NCBI RefSeq assembly: GCF_037042905.1
Contig: NC_087250.1
Span: forward strand, 17,114,001 to 17,178,000
Origin: Lytechinus pictus
Lineage: Eukaryota
Length of the DNA stretch: 64,000 nt
Direction: 5' to 3'
Shown here: positions 36,375 to 50,661 of the stretch, piece after piece
Layout: every line of letters starts with the position of its first letter
How positions within the stretch are numbered: position 1 is the first letter of the stretch
Program-made: the position numbers and the translations under genes
The notes under the pieces: model-generated
The model's database searches: none
What the model saw: the letters and a program-made list of their open reading frames with translations, nothing else
What the model was told of the DNA's origin: nothing

Positions 36375-39218
36375 ATTGAATCGCTGCCAAGGGATCATTA
36401 GTTCACACCCCTTGCCAAGATGTGGGGTAATTAAACCACAATACTGAAGCAAAGTACTGTAGTTTGATCTGTATACCCTTCATTTTTAATAGGAAAGAGA
36501 TAGTCTGAATATGCAGCCTATAATAAAGTCCCTACCAATGACTTTTAAACACCAAGTATTATTTGTGCTAATGTTGAAGATCCACATGATTATAAAAGTT
36601 TCGATCAGGGTCGCTGCCTGCAGACCCGTCTGTACTGCAAGTTTTATTAGTGCTAGTCTTGTTTGAAGACCCACTTGTTGATAAAAGTTTAATGAGGGTC
36701 TGTGCCTGCAGACTACATGTAATACCAAAACAAGTACCCCAGTACATGAGGTCTACAGTATGTATGTACATACATGTATTCATTGTTCATGTATCTAATT
36801 TTTTAATTTTTTTTGTCTTTGTCATGCTCTTTATATTAAATCAATGCCCTTGAATTCAAGCCAATTTTAAGTTTGGAAAATCCCACAAAAGTGCATGTCA
36901 ATATGGTAACAATTTCCCAATTCCCATTCAGGGAAATGAATTTTTTTTTTTTTTTAACCTAATGAGTCGTACATGTACGTGAATATGACTCTATCATAAT
37001 TACCAGACTAATTGAAAATTGTGATCAGTCATGCACGAATGATTTTATGAAATTTATTCAATTGCATATTTTCAGACCTTGATATTCAAGGGTAGTACAT
37101 AATTCGTCAATGATTACAGTCTATGACTCATTTCGTATTTTTATGAGTCTTGAGATACATGTATTTTATACAATTAATAGTACATGTACATGTATTCCAA
37201 TATTGCACATAAACAATTTTTTAAATACAAATGAATGTCTGACTGCAGTTACACCTCATTAAATTTTCTACAGCACTTGATATATAATTTTTATTTCATT
37301 TCCTGCCAAAATGAAAAAAAACCTGATAAGTATCAGAATTATGAAAGCATACACTGTACATGTGCATCATGTCATCTCTCAGAAAAATAAAAATAAAATC
37401 ATGATCATTGAAGCATTTCAAGTCACGCATCAATGGTCATAGAAAGATCTGAAAATATGCACTATTGCACTTTAATACATACATGTAATGACTCATTAAT
37501 ATTCATGCATGACTGATCACAATCTTCCGGTCGGTGAAAACTGAAAAAGGAAGTTTATACTTTGCTCAGAGTCCATATTCGTTGGATCTTAATATGATAG
37601 CCAGGCTTGTAGGAATCATTGACATCCAGCATGTACATGTAGCTCAATGACAATGCATTTGTTACAGAATGGTCTTGAAAGTGGGGGGGGGGGGGGGGCT
37701 GACAATGCAAAAAAAAATATCACAATATGAAGCAATGATCAGATGGCAGGGTAGGAAATGTGATATTCATTCTTTAGGGGCTCTCTCTTATTCCACATTG
37801 GGAAAAATACAAATTTTGGAGGACTTTTCTTTCATTTTTAGGGCTTTTTTTTGGGGGGGGGCAGACCTGCCAACCAGTACGTTTTAGCCGTATTTAGTGC
37901 GTTTTTGCAACCAGAATACGGCAGTACGTATTTTCTTTGAAAAATATGTTTTTTGTAAAAAAAAATATATACCGGTATATATATATATATATATATTTTT
38001 TTTTTTTTAACTAAATCGTTATTTATTGAGAAAAATAATCTCTTTATGTCTCTATTTCATAAAATGTGCACAAATATGGTTATTAGATCAATGTAATTTC
38101 AGGTAACTTGTTTTTTTTTTCAATCATTTTGTTCAAACCAGGGTGAAGATATACACATGTTTTAATGTTTTTTTTTTCATCTGCAAGAGCAGTGCGCATT
38201 TTAGCTTGCATGCAGCTTGAGCGCCGCGATGAGCGAGTGCGCCAAGCATTTTATTATGAAATACACTTTTTTGGGGAAAAATACAGTTTTTTTTATCACA
38301 GAATACAGTTTTTCATTCCCAGAGGTTGGCAGGTCTGGGGGGGGGGGGTCAACAAGCAGGTAAAAAGTAAAAAAAAAGCAAAACATATATTGCCATATTA
38401 TTATTTAGGATATTGCTTTCTAAATAAATAATCTTGAATATTGCTTGTTAAGATTTGGGACTAATAATATAGAAAGAATGGTGACTCCAAAAGCATGCAT
38501 TTTGGGGGAATTTTAGGAACATTTGGGTAGCCATGAGGGCGAAATCGTCTGCCGCCCTTTTGTGCTTCCTTACGCTGTCAGGTGGTTATTATTATGATTT
38601 TGTGTACAAGGTTCCCCAGTTCTACATGTACAGTATGACTCCTGCAATGTACACTGTATGGTAGTGGATCGTACTACCGAAGACTTTCCATGAATTCAAT
38701 CATATCAAACACAATATTCGCATAAAATTTATCAATGAGCTTTCACCATAAATACACAAATTCCTACAAATGTAAAAATTTTGTCGAAATCCCTTTTCTT
38801 TTTTACAATATCAGCTTCCGATGATCGCATCCCTCTTCGCATGTGGAATGTTTTGGTCTCTTGAAAATGGCATCGTAATACTGAACGTGTGCACTTTCTG
38901 TGGGAAAAGTTGAGAAAACAACAAACTCACTGATGAGCTATTTTTATATAATGTTTTTATTATTATTTTGAGAACATAAAGACTTTGAAAATGTGTTTTC
39001 TACCATTTTCACCATCTTTCTATTCCACATGTAGTTAGTTCCCTTTGGAAGGATGTTGCAAAGTTTTGAGCGTATGAAATTATTTTCTGACGCGTGTGGT
39101 GCGCACGTTCGGTAATACAAGGCAGGTCGGTAATGATACAATCACTCACTCTACAGCAATTGGGAGATTATTTCATGAGCTGCATTATTTAATGATTACT
39201 GTATTTCTTATATTTCAG

Positions 39219-39350
39219 ACTGCGCCTCAGACGACGATGATCGTACGTCAATCCCAGCCACAACCCAATGACTACCTGGCCTTTGCTATCTTCGTCACCA
39301 TCTGTTGCTGTTTGCCATTTGGAATCGTTGGCATCGTGAAGTCCATGGAT
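39219..39350 (+). CDS. CD225/dispanin family protein, coding exon 3 (first hydrophobic segment)
   Basis: TTTCAG acceptor, GTAAGT donor, phase 0/0; TAPQTTMIVRQSQPQPNDYLAFAIFVTICCCLPFGIVGIVKSMD matches the CD225 pattern P.DYL...I...CC..P.GI..I..S. Confidence 0.95.
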
Positions 39351-39546
39351 GTAAGTCTGTTCTTATTCCTCAAATTGGCAATGTGTATTTCTATTTCCCT
39401 ACATATCTGACTTGTCCGTGTGTATTATTGTCGGGCCTCGGCCTGCAGCCAACGAAGGAAGAAATTACATGTACATGTATGTAATTGGTACCTCCTAGTC
39501 TGCAAGCACAGACTCAAATTTGACAGTCTTAACAATCATACACTAT

Positions 39547-39867
39547 GGCCCGTATTCTGAAGTCGGGTTTATTAAAGTTAAACTCAGGTTTAAAGTTGTG
39601 GTTTACATTTTATGTAAGTATGGATGGCCAATTGTTACATGTACATAAATCACTAACAGTAGAGATATCATATTTCAGCTCATTTGGCTCTTAAATCATT
39701 CATAATTATCTAGGAAGTATTGTCTTCACCATCGATGAATCACGAAAGAGCAGAGTAAATATAAGAAACGTGCAACTAAATAAAAATTTTGAGACTTTTG
39801 GCTTCCCATACTTAAACCACAACTTTAAACCTGAGTTTAAGTTAAACCCGACTTCAGAATACGGGCC
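39547..39867. mobile_element. Harbinger-like MITE with GGCCCGTATTCTGAAGTCGGG TIR
   Basis: TIRs on both ends; copies at 53099-53405 and 61429-61754. Confidence 0.8.
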
Positions 39868-42245
39868 CATGTCTAGAGGGAAGACTAGACTTTAAAAAAT
39901 CTCTGTCTGTATCAAATATTGTACTGTACCTGTATTAAGAGGTAGCAACAGTAGTACAGTACATAGTGAATCTAGTCTTCCTACTCCAGACTCTGCATTA
40001 TATGCACAATTACATGTACAGTATGCATATTGTAAAAACCAAAGGTCTGTGCCTGCAGACTACAGGAACATGTAGGTTCCTCTCCCGCTTGCAACTGTTT
40101 TATATAAAAATGTCTCATTTTTCAATATTCTCAGGACTGACCTCGGACCTTAGATCGCAAATTCTGATTTATGCACCAAGTTGCCAAGTGCTGCAAATCC
40201 TGTATGCATTTATGTGTACGCAGAGTTATCTACAGAAAATGTTTATAAATTCCACAATGAATACAAAAGTAGGCCTATACTGTACTGTACATTTAGAATG
40301 CATGCAGTGCGTCAAGGACCATGCATTTTAATACACAAAGGGTTTCTTCTTTATTTCATTAGATTCGTTCAATCGATCATGCCCAGCCTTGAAAGCTTGG
40401 CTTGCTCAGATCAGTTAGCTTTGGCTGCAAGCGTATAAATGACGCTGTGTTCATGCCATCAAGGCACCAGCAGATAGTTGATTATGTACAGTACTTACAC
40501 AGTATGATAATTAATGATGAGATGCACAGAGGCACCAGTAAGGTAAAAGACAGAAGTTGCAGCAAGCAATTATTTCATGAGAAAGTCTTTTTAAATCAAG
40601 GTTTAATAATTATCAAAATATTATTATACATTAGATCTGGTACATTATTTATATTTGTAAAATCATGAAATCCTACATATATCTCAAAATTGATGATTCT
40701 GATGATCACCTAACAGAGAAATATGCTTGTTACTGTACATACTGTATCTGGGACAATGTTTGTTTGTTTGTTTGTTTGTTTGTTTATTTTTATTTTAATG
40801 TATTAATATTGCCTTGAAAAATACACAACATTTGATGCAATTCCATGCTTATTTTGCTCATTCCCAGCAATTACGCATTTTCTTCCAGAGCTATATATTT
40901 GGAACATATACAGCCTATACATGTACAAACACTTTGGTGGTAATTTCATTGGATTCTGTTCAAATTCATTTTGAGATCATTACCACAACTAGTATTTATC
41001 TTTTATTGTGGGTGGAGAACTGGAGATGGGCAATTAGAGAGAGAGAGAGAGAGAGAAGGGGGGGGGGGGGCTTGTTGGGATGACACGTAGACTCAATCCA
41101 GGGGTGTGAGAGTTAAGATTTTCATCTGATTTCAGATTTTTTTTGTTTTGATTTTCAGCTTAATTTCAGCTTATTTTTGGCCTTCCTCTGTACAAAAAGT
41201 ATGGGAGCTCTTTCTATTTCAGACTTTTTCAACACTCTTCAGCTTTTTTCAGATCTTTTTATCTGTGACCACTCACACCCCTGACTCAATCTCAGTGTTC
41301 ACCAGTCAGAGTTGTATCAACAATTTGATCAAGTTGTAATACACGTCACTGTCAGTAAAAAAATGAAAGCCTGCCTGTAGAACAAAACAGCTAGCCAACA
41401 AAATTGTCAATAGGAAGGAATTACAAACATGTATTATAAAATATAAGGACCATCTTTCTCCAGCCATTTTTCTTTTACATAAATTGATACCGCCTTTATT
41501 TATACACGAATTTGAATGTATTTTTTAGGCCCAGATCAAGATACATGACGTGAAGTAAAATTACCATTTACTGTACACAGAATATTTTCGTATATCCCAT
41601 CGCATCTGTCCTGTGGCATGACACCTATGATGAAATTAAAAATTAAAATGGGGGGAGCAAAAGAATTTTAGCTTGATATTGATTGTCCCAGCAATAAATC
41701 AGAGACAAGAAAATTATGTAACAATGTATGAAGGTATGTACACTATTTTTTTTTTCAGTTTTGATTTTCCACCATTTAGTCTTAACTGTATACTTTTGCT
41801 GCGCTGATGTTGCAATTTTGCACATTCGTACAATTCAATTCAACAATGGTAATAATTTTTTTTCTCCCTTTAATACCTTAATACCAGGAAATGTAATATT
41901 AAAATAGCTATAGTTCTCAGGTAGCATCTATTCAATAAATATCAATATCAATTGTGAAATTTGGAACTCTATATTCAAAGAAAATATTAATTAATTGTCA
42001 TTATTTTTCCCCAAAAAATAATTCAAGCGTGCAAGAGTTGATATACTGTACAAACTGCAGATACATGTGCATGTACCGGTATCTCCTATGAAATTATGTA
42101 CTGTACACAAGTACCTGCTTTATGTATAATTAATGATTTAATTGTCTTTTGAGAGCAGACTCTTGAGAGTTAAGTACACTAAATAATTTTTGAAGTACAA
42201 TTAGCAATCGAGAGTTCAATCATAATGTATTGTATTGTATTGACA

Positions 42246-42802
42246 CCAGCTGAATCCATATCAAAGAGAAAAATCAAAGAAACATATTGTTGAAAGTTTG
42301 AGGAAGATTGAATGAATAATAAGAAAGTTATGAGCATTTGAATATTGAGATCACTAATGCCATGTAGATCCTCCCATTGGCAATGCGACCAAGATCTGTG
42401 ATGTCACACACGTACAACTCCCTCATTACTTTATTTCACTTATATTCTCACTTTTATAGAGTCTATCACAAGTTGAGGTGTTCTCTTTATGAGAGGACAA
42501 GTACGGAGGTTTCACAAAATTATATCATTGATGAATCGTTTGTTATATGATTAGAATGAGCAAAAGGATATGTTTTGGGGTATATTTTCAGCGTCCAAAA
42601 GGGGAGAGTTGTTCATCAGTGACATCATAGATCTTGGTCGCATTGCCAATGGGAGGATCTTATATAGCATTAGTGATCTCGACATTCTAATGCTCATAAC
42701 TCTTCTATTGCTAGTCCTATTTTCCTCAAACTTTTGTTGATCTTATTCTTTGATTTTTCTGCTTTCACAAAAGCTAACTTGCTCCAAGAGTTTCATTCTC
42801 CT
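42246..42802. mobile_element. Kolobok-like MITE family A, left terminus missing
   Basis: Aligns to 5293-5877 from CCAGCTGAATCC onward; ends CTCCT|TTAA. Confidence 0.85.
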
Positions 42803-43224
42803 TTAAGATAAATTTGTTGTAAAAATGCCAGAAAAAATATTGAAAAATATTGGTGAAGGTCTGAGGACAATCTAAGATTAATAGCATACATAGTATAAGT
42901 TTTTGATGTGTGCCATCATACGAGCAGCTGCCTGGCCTGCCCATACACGTGTGTGATGTAATATAAAAAATAAATTTTGATTTTTTAGTGGTTCATGTCA
43001 TGACTATCTCTTCTTTTTGGAGAGGTTTTGATATAAATTGTCGATCTATACTGTACTGAAGGTACAATTAAAATACAATTTCAATTTTCTGAGGGAATGA
43101 CATTTCATTGATTTTTTAATCATACGATAGGTACAAGTACTGTATAATTATGTAGGAAAGCTGCTCACGTACATGTATGACGTCACAAATCCATTGATTA
43201 TAAATTCTGTTAACTTTTTTATAA

Positions 43225-43519
43225 AAATAAATAATATAGGATTTGTATAGCACACGTATCCACCTTGCTAGGTGCTCAAGGCACTCCTACATGTATGTAT
43301 ATTACCCCGGCTATTAAGCTATGGTAGTCTACCGATTCTGGTGCGCACAGCTTTTTGAGGAATTTCTTCTTGCCGGTACCCAGTTACCTCACATGGGTCG
43401 AGTGCAGAAAAGTGTGGATCAAATTTCTTGCTGAAGGAAAACACGCCATAGCTAGGATTCGAACCCACTACCCTCTATTTGAAAGGCGAGAGTCAGAACC
43501 ACTAGACCACGACTCACCC
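43225..43519 (-). mobile_element. tRNA-derived SINE
   Basis: Minus strand: A box TGGTCTAGTGG, B box GGTTCGAATCC, core CCTTCAGCAAG...CTCGACCCA...TGGGTACCGGCA, tail GCTATACAAATCCTATATTATTTATTTTT. Confidence 0.85.
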
Positions 43520-43599
43520 ACATTTTATTCCTTGATGGCTTTTCCTCAAACCTTTGCCAATATTCATTCATTATTTTTTTTCTGCTACATTTACATGGT

Positions 43600-44049
43600 T
43601 ACATTTCGTAATTCCGAAGGTTCGTAATTCCGAAGGTTCTTTATTCCAAAGGTTCGTAATTCCCAAACACGTAAATTGCCTATACTTCGATGTTCGTTAA
43701 TCCGAAAACGTAAAAGGGTTCGTTAATCCGAACATTTGTGGTGTTATTCCGAAGGTTCGATAATCCGAAAACGAAATAAGGTTCGATGTTCCGAAGGTTC
43801 GTTAATCCGAAAACGAAATAAGGTTCGTTGTTCCGAAGGTTCGTTAATCCGAAAACGAAATAAGGTTCGTTAATCATTTCGTTTTCGGACTAACGAACCT
43901 TCGGAATTACGAACCTCACTTCGTTTTCGGACTAACGAACCTTCGGGATTACGACCCTTATTTCGTTTTCGGACTAACGAACCTTCGGAATTACGAACCT
44001 TCGGAAATACGAACCTTCGGAATAACGAACCTTCGTAATTACGAATGTA
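43600..44049. repeat. Fold-back element made of TTCCGAAGGTTCG units
   Basis: Forward units to about 43875, then reverse-complement CGAACCTTCGGAA units; ends TACATTTCGTAATT / AATTACGAATGTA. Confidence 0.85.
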
Positions 44050-44087
44050 TGCGCATTTACATGTACTTTTATAATAAACTCTTTGTC

Positions 44088-44533
44088 TGGGTGAGAGCGA
44101 AGTTGGCTCAGTCTTCAAAGTGTCTGCCCGTCCAAAGATCGTGGGTTCGAGTCCATCCCGGGCGGATGACTGAAGCCAGTGCGTTGTGTGTAAACGTGTC
44201 TCCCCTGTTTCATAGATGCAGGCTATGTTACAGTGGAAAACACTCCGTCCCTTGGATAGGACGTTAAATGGAGGCCCCGTGTAGAGGAGAATCACCACCT
44301 TTGCACGTTAAGAACCCACTGCACTATTCAAATATTAAGAGTAGGGGGGAACCCCGGTGTAGTGGTCCACCTGCATTCCCCCAACCAGTTATTGGGAGGA
44401 GAGACCTGCGGGTCACAGTTCTGTGTGGGCGCCCTTGTAGGCGACCCAGATTGCCTGGCTCCTCCAATGCGCCTTTGAATGTCTTTGACAGATATATGGC
44501 GTTATACAAATGCTGTGCATCATCATCATCATC
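44088..44533 (+). mobile_element. tRNA-derived DeuSINE-like element
   Basis: A box TGGCTCAGT, B box GGTTCGAGTCC; Deu-domain-like GGATAGGACGTTAAATGGAGGCCCCGT...CACGTTAAGAACCCACTGCACTATTC...GAGTAGGGGG..CCCCGGTGT; L2-type tail with (CAT)n. Confidence 0.78.
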
Positions 44534-47059
44534 AACTTCCCTTTTAAAGTTTAAGGTACATGTACAGGTAAAATAGCCCTAAAATTGAGATTTCAGTTCA
44601 GTTTCAGTTTGCTTTAATTTCAATCATAAGCAAGCATACCGGTAATTATGTTTGCACTTGGCAACCAAAGTTAGAGACAGTATGAAAAAAAGAGTGTTTA
44701 CAAGCATAATACATGTACATGTTTATCGCATCTCAATTACGAACAGCAATATCAAACACCCCTCAGCTACATACATACTTGTAGGTGGTTTTGATGAAAT
44801 GAATAAAAGGGCTGTTTTCGACTCGCCGTTTGGCTTTCGTATCTAAGCAAATGTGACTGAGATAAAATAGTAGCCATTTTCTCTCCCATTTTATAGCCTT
44901 ATTGTAGCAATTCTTAGCCCTTTTGAAAAAAGGGTTTGTAGCAAATTTAGATTTTTTCTACATTCCTGGGGGGGCACTCAGTAGATGCATAGTGGGTATG
45001 TGCCGCAGACTCAGGCGCAGAGGGGACCCCCATTTTTACACTCAAATTTCCATTCCAGGGCATAGCGTTTTTATCTTATTGAGAAAAAGAACAAAGAAAG
45101 CCACTCCAAAGCATAGCATTTTCTTATCGAGAGAAAAGAAGAAAGAAATCCGCTCCAAAGCTTCACATATATTTCCGTTACGCCGTTCCGGCCGCGTTGA
45201 TCTGCTACAAAGAGCCGCAATTTTGGTGAAAAGCGGCCGACCATCGCCTCTGCGCTAGCGCCCGTACCGCCGGACTAGCTGCATGTACGTATGCCCGTTC
45301 CATTGGGATGCACACGCAGGCGACCCGTTCCAAGGACCCCCGTTTTCACAAACATTTGTAGTTCCGAGGCCTGTTCCTACTACTTTTTTGGTCGAGTACC
45401 CCCCCCCCCCCCCCCCCCCCGGGCCTACATGAAATGGCTACAAAACAGTGCTCAATTTGTTACCATTTTACACGTACATAGTTCTACTCATTGTGATAGG
45501 CAGGCCTATCGAGGGTGCACTATAAAAATACATTTAGCAAAGTAAATGTTATACATGTACATAGTTTGTAAAGTACATTTGTATGTTTTCCTTTATTTTA
45601 TTAATGTACAAATAACAAGATGTGATAGCTTAATCAGTAGAGTCAGAGTAGGGGTTTCTATTCTGGTTATAATACAAGGGTTTGATTCTATATGGTGCGC
45701 TAGTATTACCAAAATAGAAAGGCATTAATCCAACTAGATCCCTCAGATAGGACCTTCAGCCTTCAGTCCTCTGGTTGCTTGGAGTTGCTTTATCATTCAT
45801 ACTTTTGCAATTCAGGTAAAAAAAAAACACCACTGTCAAGGCTATTCCATTGTTAAATATTCACCCTTTCTGTACGTCGGACCCCCATTTTTCTCCATTC
45901 TTTTACTTCACCTCATAAACCTGGCCCAAGTCATGGTCCATTTTATAGAACTAGTTGAGAACATTACACTGGCATAAGAACCAGAATTATCAGAGACAGA
46001 AAATTTCATGAAGTTCTCACAAACATGGGCTCGGACCAGGGGCGGATCCAGGATTTTCCAAAAGGAGGGGAGGGAATTTTTCGGAGGAAAATATTGACAA
46101 GCCCCCCCCCCAAAAAAAAAAAGGTTTTCAACCTCAAATTAAGGATATTTCGTACCCCAAAAAAGGTCTTCAATTTCCAAAGAGGGGACACACCTCTGAT
46201 ATAATGGCATTTTTACATTACAAATTTTTTATTTTGCTTCTCAAAAGGGGGGGTGGACACGTGCCCCCCCCCCCTGGAGCCGCGCCTTGCTCAGACGTAC
46301 ATATTTTATGCAATAGCCCACCAGTAGACTTGACCTTTAAGTACATGGACAAATAGTTACTCATCTTATTTCCTCTTTTCTCAAGAGAAAAAGGAAATCC
46401 TGGAATTACTAATTGGTTTTCATTATCTACTACATTTTAAAGGGGGAAATCAGCCTTTATAACATAATACAAAATGGGAACTGTTGCTTCATGTACATAC
46501 TTTCCAGTATCTGGGGAGCATTACATGAAAGGCTTTTTTTCAGCATGTTTAAAATCGAGCCCTACCGGTAATAAAAAAGCTAATGACAGGCTGTAGATTG
46601 AGAAACACACATTTTCAAACTCTTGAATTATTTTTTACTGCAATATTGCAGGTCTATAGGGAAAATAAGCGGTGTACACGTACATTGTTCATGTATTTTT
46701 ATATGGCATATACATGTAGGCATATATAGTCGAGACCAAACGTGTACATGCACCCATAGAATTCAGTGAAATTTGTTCCCTTGCAAGGCATTGTATTAAC
46801 ATTCACTCTATCTTCAGAAATATTATACTACCGTGACGTGAATTTGGTATCAAATGAAAGAGCGTATTAGCTCTTTCACATGATTGGGATGCTGTTGCGA
46901 TTTTTTTTTTTTCAGATGGAATTTTCTTTGAAAAAAAAAGGATATTCGTGCCAAATGTATTCTATTGTTTGTTTTTATTTTCAAACATTTCATAGAAATG
47001 TACATGTATAAATGTCAAATCTATGATATATCTTACATTTTCTATCATGATACAGTATA

Positions 47060-48030
47060 TAGTGTGTATCAAAAAAAAGTTTACACTTTGAAAAGCCCTG
47101 GGAATTAAAAAATATACATGTGGGTATTTTTTTCACATATAATCTTGGGTTTGGGTCTCATCTATCCAATGAAAGTAAAAGTTTTGACAGAATGTTACAC
47201 TTGAGTGAGCACTGTCCATTTTTCGAAAGCTCGCAAAAATCTGTTTGCGCAGAAATGCTCGTTTTTACGCTGTGTCAAGGGGGAAGGGCGAAATCAAACT
47301 TACCCTGCGAAACATTTCCCTTGCACTTTTAGTCAATTGAAATAAAACGGATACATTCAAGCATTTTGTAACAATTTTGCCACCCAAATTGAAATTTCAA
47401 CGCTTAGTAAGCACAACCTTTACCCTTTTGTGCCAGCTGGATCTGAGGACATAACTGAATCTGAACAAAAGTTTATATCAGACATCTCCAGCATTTTTTT
47501 ACTAAGTTTTTATCATTTAAAGTGGGTTTACATTTCATTTTTCATTTAATACTTGTTTCTCCACACCTTTTCCAAGCTTGACAATGATTAACAGAATGAA
47601 AATCCAGCCTAAGCCATTTTATGTAATTCACAGCTCAGTGTAAAGCAAATATCGTCACAATGACCTTGGTGTGTGGGGGAGTGGGGTGAGGCGCAATGCA
47701 CTCTTCGAAGTGTTTTGGGCGAGGAAACAAGTTAAAAAAGGTAAAATATATCTTCAAATCAATTTTACTAGCTAAATTCAACGTGTTATTCATGAATAAG
47801 GTCTACTTTTATTCGCATAACTATTTCAAAGTTCTGCGCAAATCATTTTTCACTAGCTTTTCAAAAGTAAGTGGTGCTCACTCAAGCGGAAATATTTTTC
47901 GACAGTTATATCGTCATTTGCTTAAATGGATCTGTACCAATGTTAAAATTTGGAAAAATCTTCAGGATATTACAAATGTATAATTTTACAGGACTTTTTC
48001 TAAGTGTAAACTTTTTTTTGATACACACTG
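47060..48030. mobile_element. Tc1/mariner-like MITE
   Basis: TA|TAGTGTGTATCAAAAAAAAGTTTACACTT...AAGTGTAAACTTTTTTTTGATACACACTG|TA. Confidence 0.85.
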
Positions 48031-48642
48031 TATACCACTGAAAAAAAAAGTGTAATCTGAAATTTTTGTTTAAGAAGTAACTAGTACAAATATGAAATGT
48101 TTTTTGTCAAGTGTTTACTTTTAATTTGTTTATTAAACAGTGAAGATTTTTTTTTTGGGAATGACCTCTAAATATTTTTCAGCTCCTGATGACAAAGCTA
48201 TATGAAGAGGCGTGGCATACTCATTTGTTTATTATCAAATTCGTCATGATAGCGCAAACATTTAATTAAGATCAGTAAATTTTATGATGTTTGGCAAGTG
48301 TCAACTTTTCTTTGAATTTCCTGGGTGTATGTAAACTTCTGGCCTCATTTGTATGTATTTCTGTTAAACAGTATATACATGTTATTGTAAAATGGAAAAT
48401 TTTAATAGGGTATAAAAATTATCTACGGCCAATTGCATCACGGCCAGTCTTTTTTTTTTTATGCATGGTGCATGTTACAGGCCTGTTGGGGAAGATAAGG
48501 TATTTGACCTAAAGGAAAAGCATGATAATGAATAAATGATACTAATAATTTTTCACGAGTTTGTTCATTACCAAAAAACAGGTAGTCCTGAATTGTCCTC
48601 ACTTCCTTGTTGGAGTTTGTTTACTGAAGAAATTTCTCTTAA

Positions 48643-49511
48643 AAGCGGAAGTTCACCATGACAAAAAATTGATGGCGCAAATAGCAGAGAATTAATAAAA
48701 AATATTGCCGAAGAGGTTGAGAAAAATCTATCAAAGAATACAAAAGATTACCAGAATTTTTATTTGATTTGCAAGCAGCTTTCCTACTTTATATCATACG
48801 GTAAAAACTAAATGAAATGTCATTTTCTCAGAAAAATTTACGGTTATTACTTTACCTTCAGTATTTACAATAGACAGATCATTTCACTCCCATTCCTAAA
48901 AAGAAAACAAAAATAAGTCATCACGAACCATTAAAGGTATTGTTTAACTTTGTGAGCAGCCGATTTAAAAAATTCTCAAACCAAGATGAAACATGTGTAC
49001 AAGTGCATGTATTAGAACTAATAAACCCTGAAAACAACCATTATTGAGAATGAAAAGCTAAAACTACAAGGCAAACCCCGATTTTGTAAATAGGCGTCTT
49101 ATAGACGCCTAAATAGTACACATAAGTGTATGGGATGGAATTATTAAAGATGGTGTTTTCGGTCACTTTGTATTTCAATTTTTTAAGCACTAAATAATTA
49201 TTTTCGAACACAATTTTTTTCTGGGCTTCATTTTTGTAACATATCACAGACACAGGTGACAAGTGTGACCTTCTAGCTCAGATTTTTAAAAAGTCAAACC
49301 AATGTTAACCAATCACTTTAAAGAATTGAAATTTATGCATTTTATATTTACATAGCATATGGGGCAGCTGCTTGTTTACGACGTCACAAATCCAAACTTG
49401 AAACTTAATAACTTTTTAATTCATTTAATGAATTTTTCTCAAATCTTCACCAATTTCATTACTTTTTCTGCTATTTTTACAACAAACTTTTCTTCAGGGT
49501 GAACTTCCCCT
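48643..49511. mobile_element. Kolobok-like MITE family C hosting a nested element
   Basis: TTAA|AAGCGGAAGTTCACCATGA...TCAGGGTGAACTTCCCCT|TTAA; decayed relative at about 42807-43590. Confidence 0.75.
48935..49317. mobile_element. Nested Kolobok-like MITE
   Basis: TTAA|AGGTATTGTTTAAC...GTTAACCAATCACT|TTAA. Confidence 0.75.
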
Positions 49512-49583
49512 TTAAAATTTGCTTTATAGAGGTACACCATTATGCCTTTCTAAGAAATGTTTTTTTTGCCGTCAGTACCGTAA

Positions 49584-50179
49584 AGGACAAGTCCACCCCA
49601 ACAAAAAGTTGATTTGAATGAAAAGAGAAAAATCCAACAAGCATAACACTGAAAATTTCATCAAAATCGGATGTAAAATAAGAAAGTTATGACATTTTAT
49701 TAAAGTTTCGCTTATTTTCACAAAACAGTTATATGCACATCCTGGCTGGTATGCAAATGAGGAGACTATGACGTCATCCACTCAATATTTCTTTTGTATT
49801 TTATTACATGAAATATGAAATATTCTAATTTTCTCCTCATTGTCAGGTGATACAACGATTAATTCCTCCCTGAACATGTGGAATTAGTATTGTTTAATAC
49901 TATATGGTTCAGTCAAGTTGGTCCTTATTGTCAAATCTATAAAAAATGAAATATTGTATAATTCAAACTATAAAAAACAAAAGAAATAGTGAGTGATGGA
50001 CATCATCGACTGACTCACCTAGTTGTGCATATCACTGTTTTGTGAAAAATAAGCGAAACTTTAAAATGTCATAACTTTCTTATATTTTACATCCAATTTT
50101 GATGAAATTTTCAGCACTATGCTAGTTTGATTTTTCTCTATTTATTAAAGTCAGCATTTTCCTGGGGTGGACTTGACCT
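49584..50179. mobile_element. Kolobok-like MITE family B
   Basis: GTAA|AGGACAAGTCCACCCC...GGGGTGGACTTGACCT|TTAA. Confidence 0.87.
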
Positions 50180-50556
50180 TTAACTCGGAATATGGACCTA
50201 CAATCTTTTTTCATGTTAGGATTAATTTTAAATAGCTTTTTTGTTCTCTTTTTTATTGTGAAGTATTTATTGAAATATGATATTGTGAATCAAATTATAG
50301 AGAAATACATATGTACATGTATCTGGTTTTCCCCATGCAGACCGCAGATTTTTCCCTCTAAGTTTTGTTTTTATCTTTATGGAAAAGGATTTGAATCAAA
50401 TTTGCTTTGCGTATAAATTATGTATAGGAATAATTTGTGGGGAAAATTTGTTGACTGCAAGGATTTTTTTTTCAATTGTGCTTACATTCAAATACAAATT
50501 ACTTTAACAAGGGGAAATGAAAGTATACATGTACCTACATGTACATGTAGCTGAAA

Positions 50557-50577
50557 CATGGACCTACTAGGTCCATG
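50557..50577. mobile_element. 21-bp palindromic insertion with 7-bp TSD (P-element-like footprint)
   Basis: GCTGAAA|CATGGACCTA C TAGGTCCATG|GCTGAAA. Confidence 0.7.
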
Positions 50578-50661
50578 GCTGAAACAACGGTGATGAACAT
50601 TTTCATTGAAGATTTTATATCAGGGGTCCATTACAATAACAAATTTGTAATAATAGTTGAA

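Noticed and set aside
43600..44049. CRISPR-like array
   Set aside because: No unique spacers, the array inverts at its midpoint, no cas genes, eukaryotic context.
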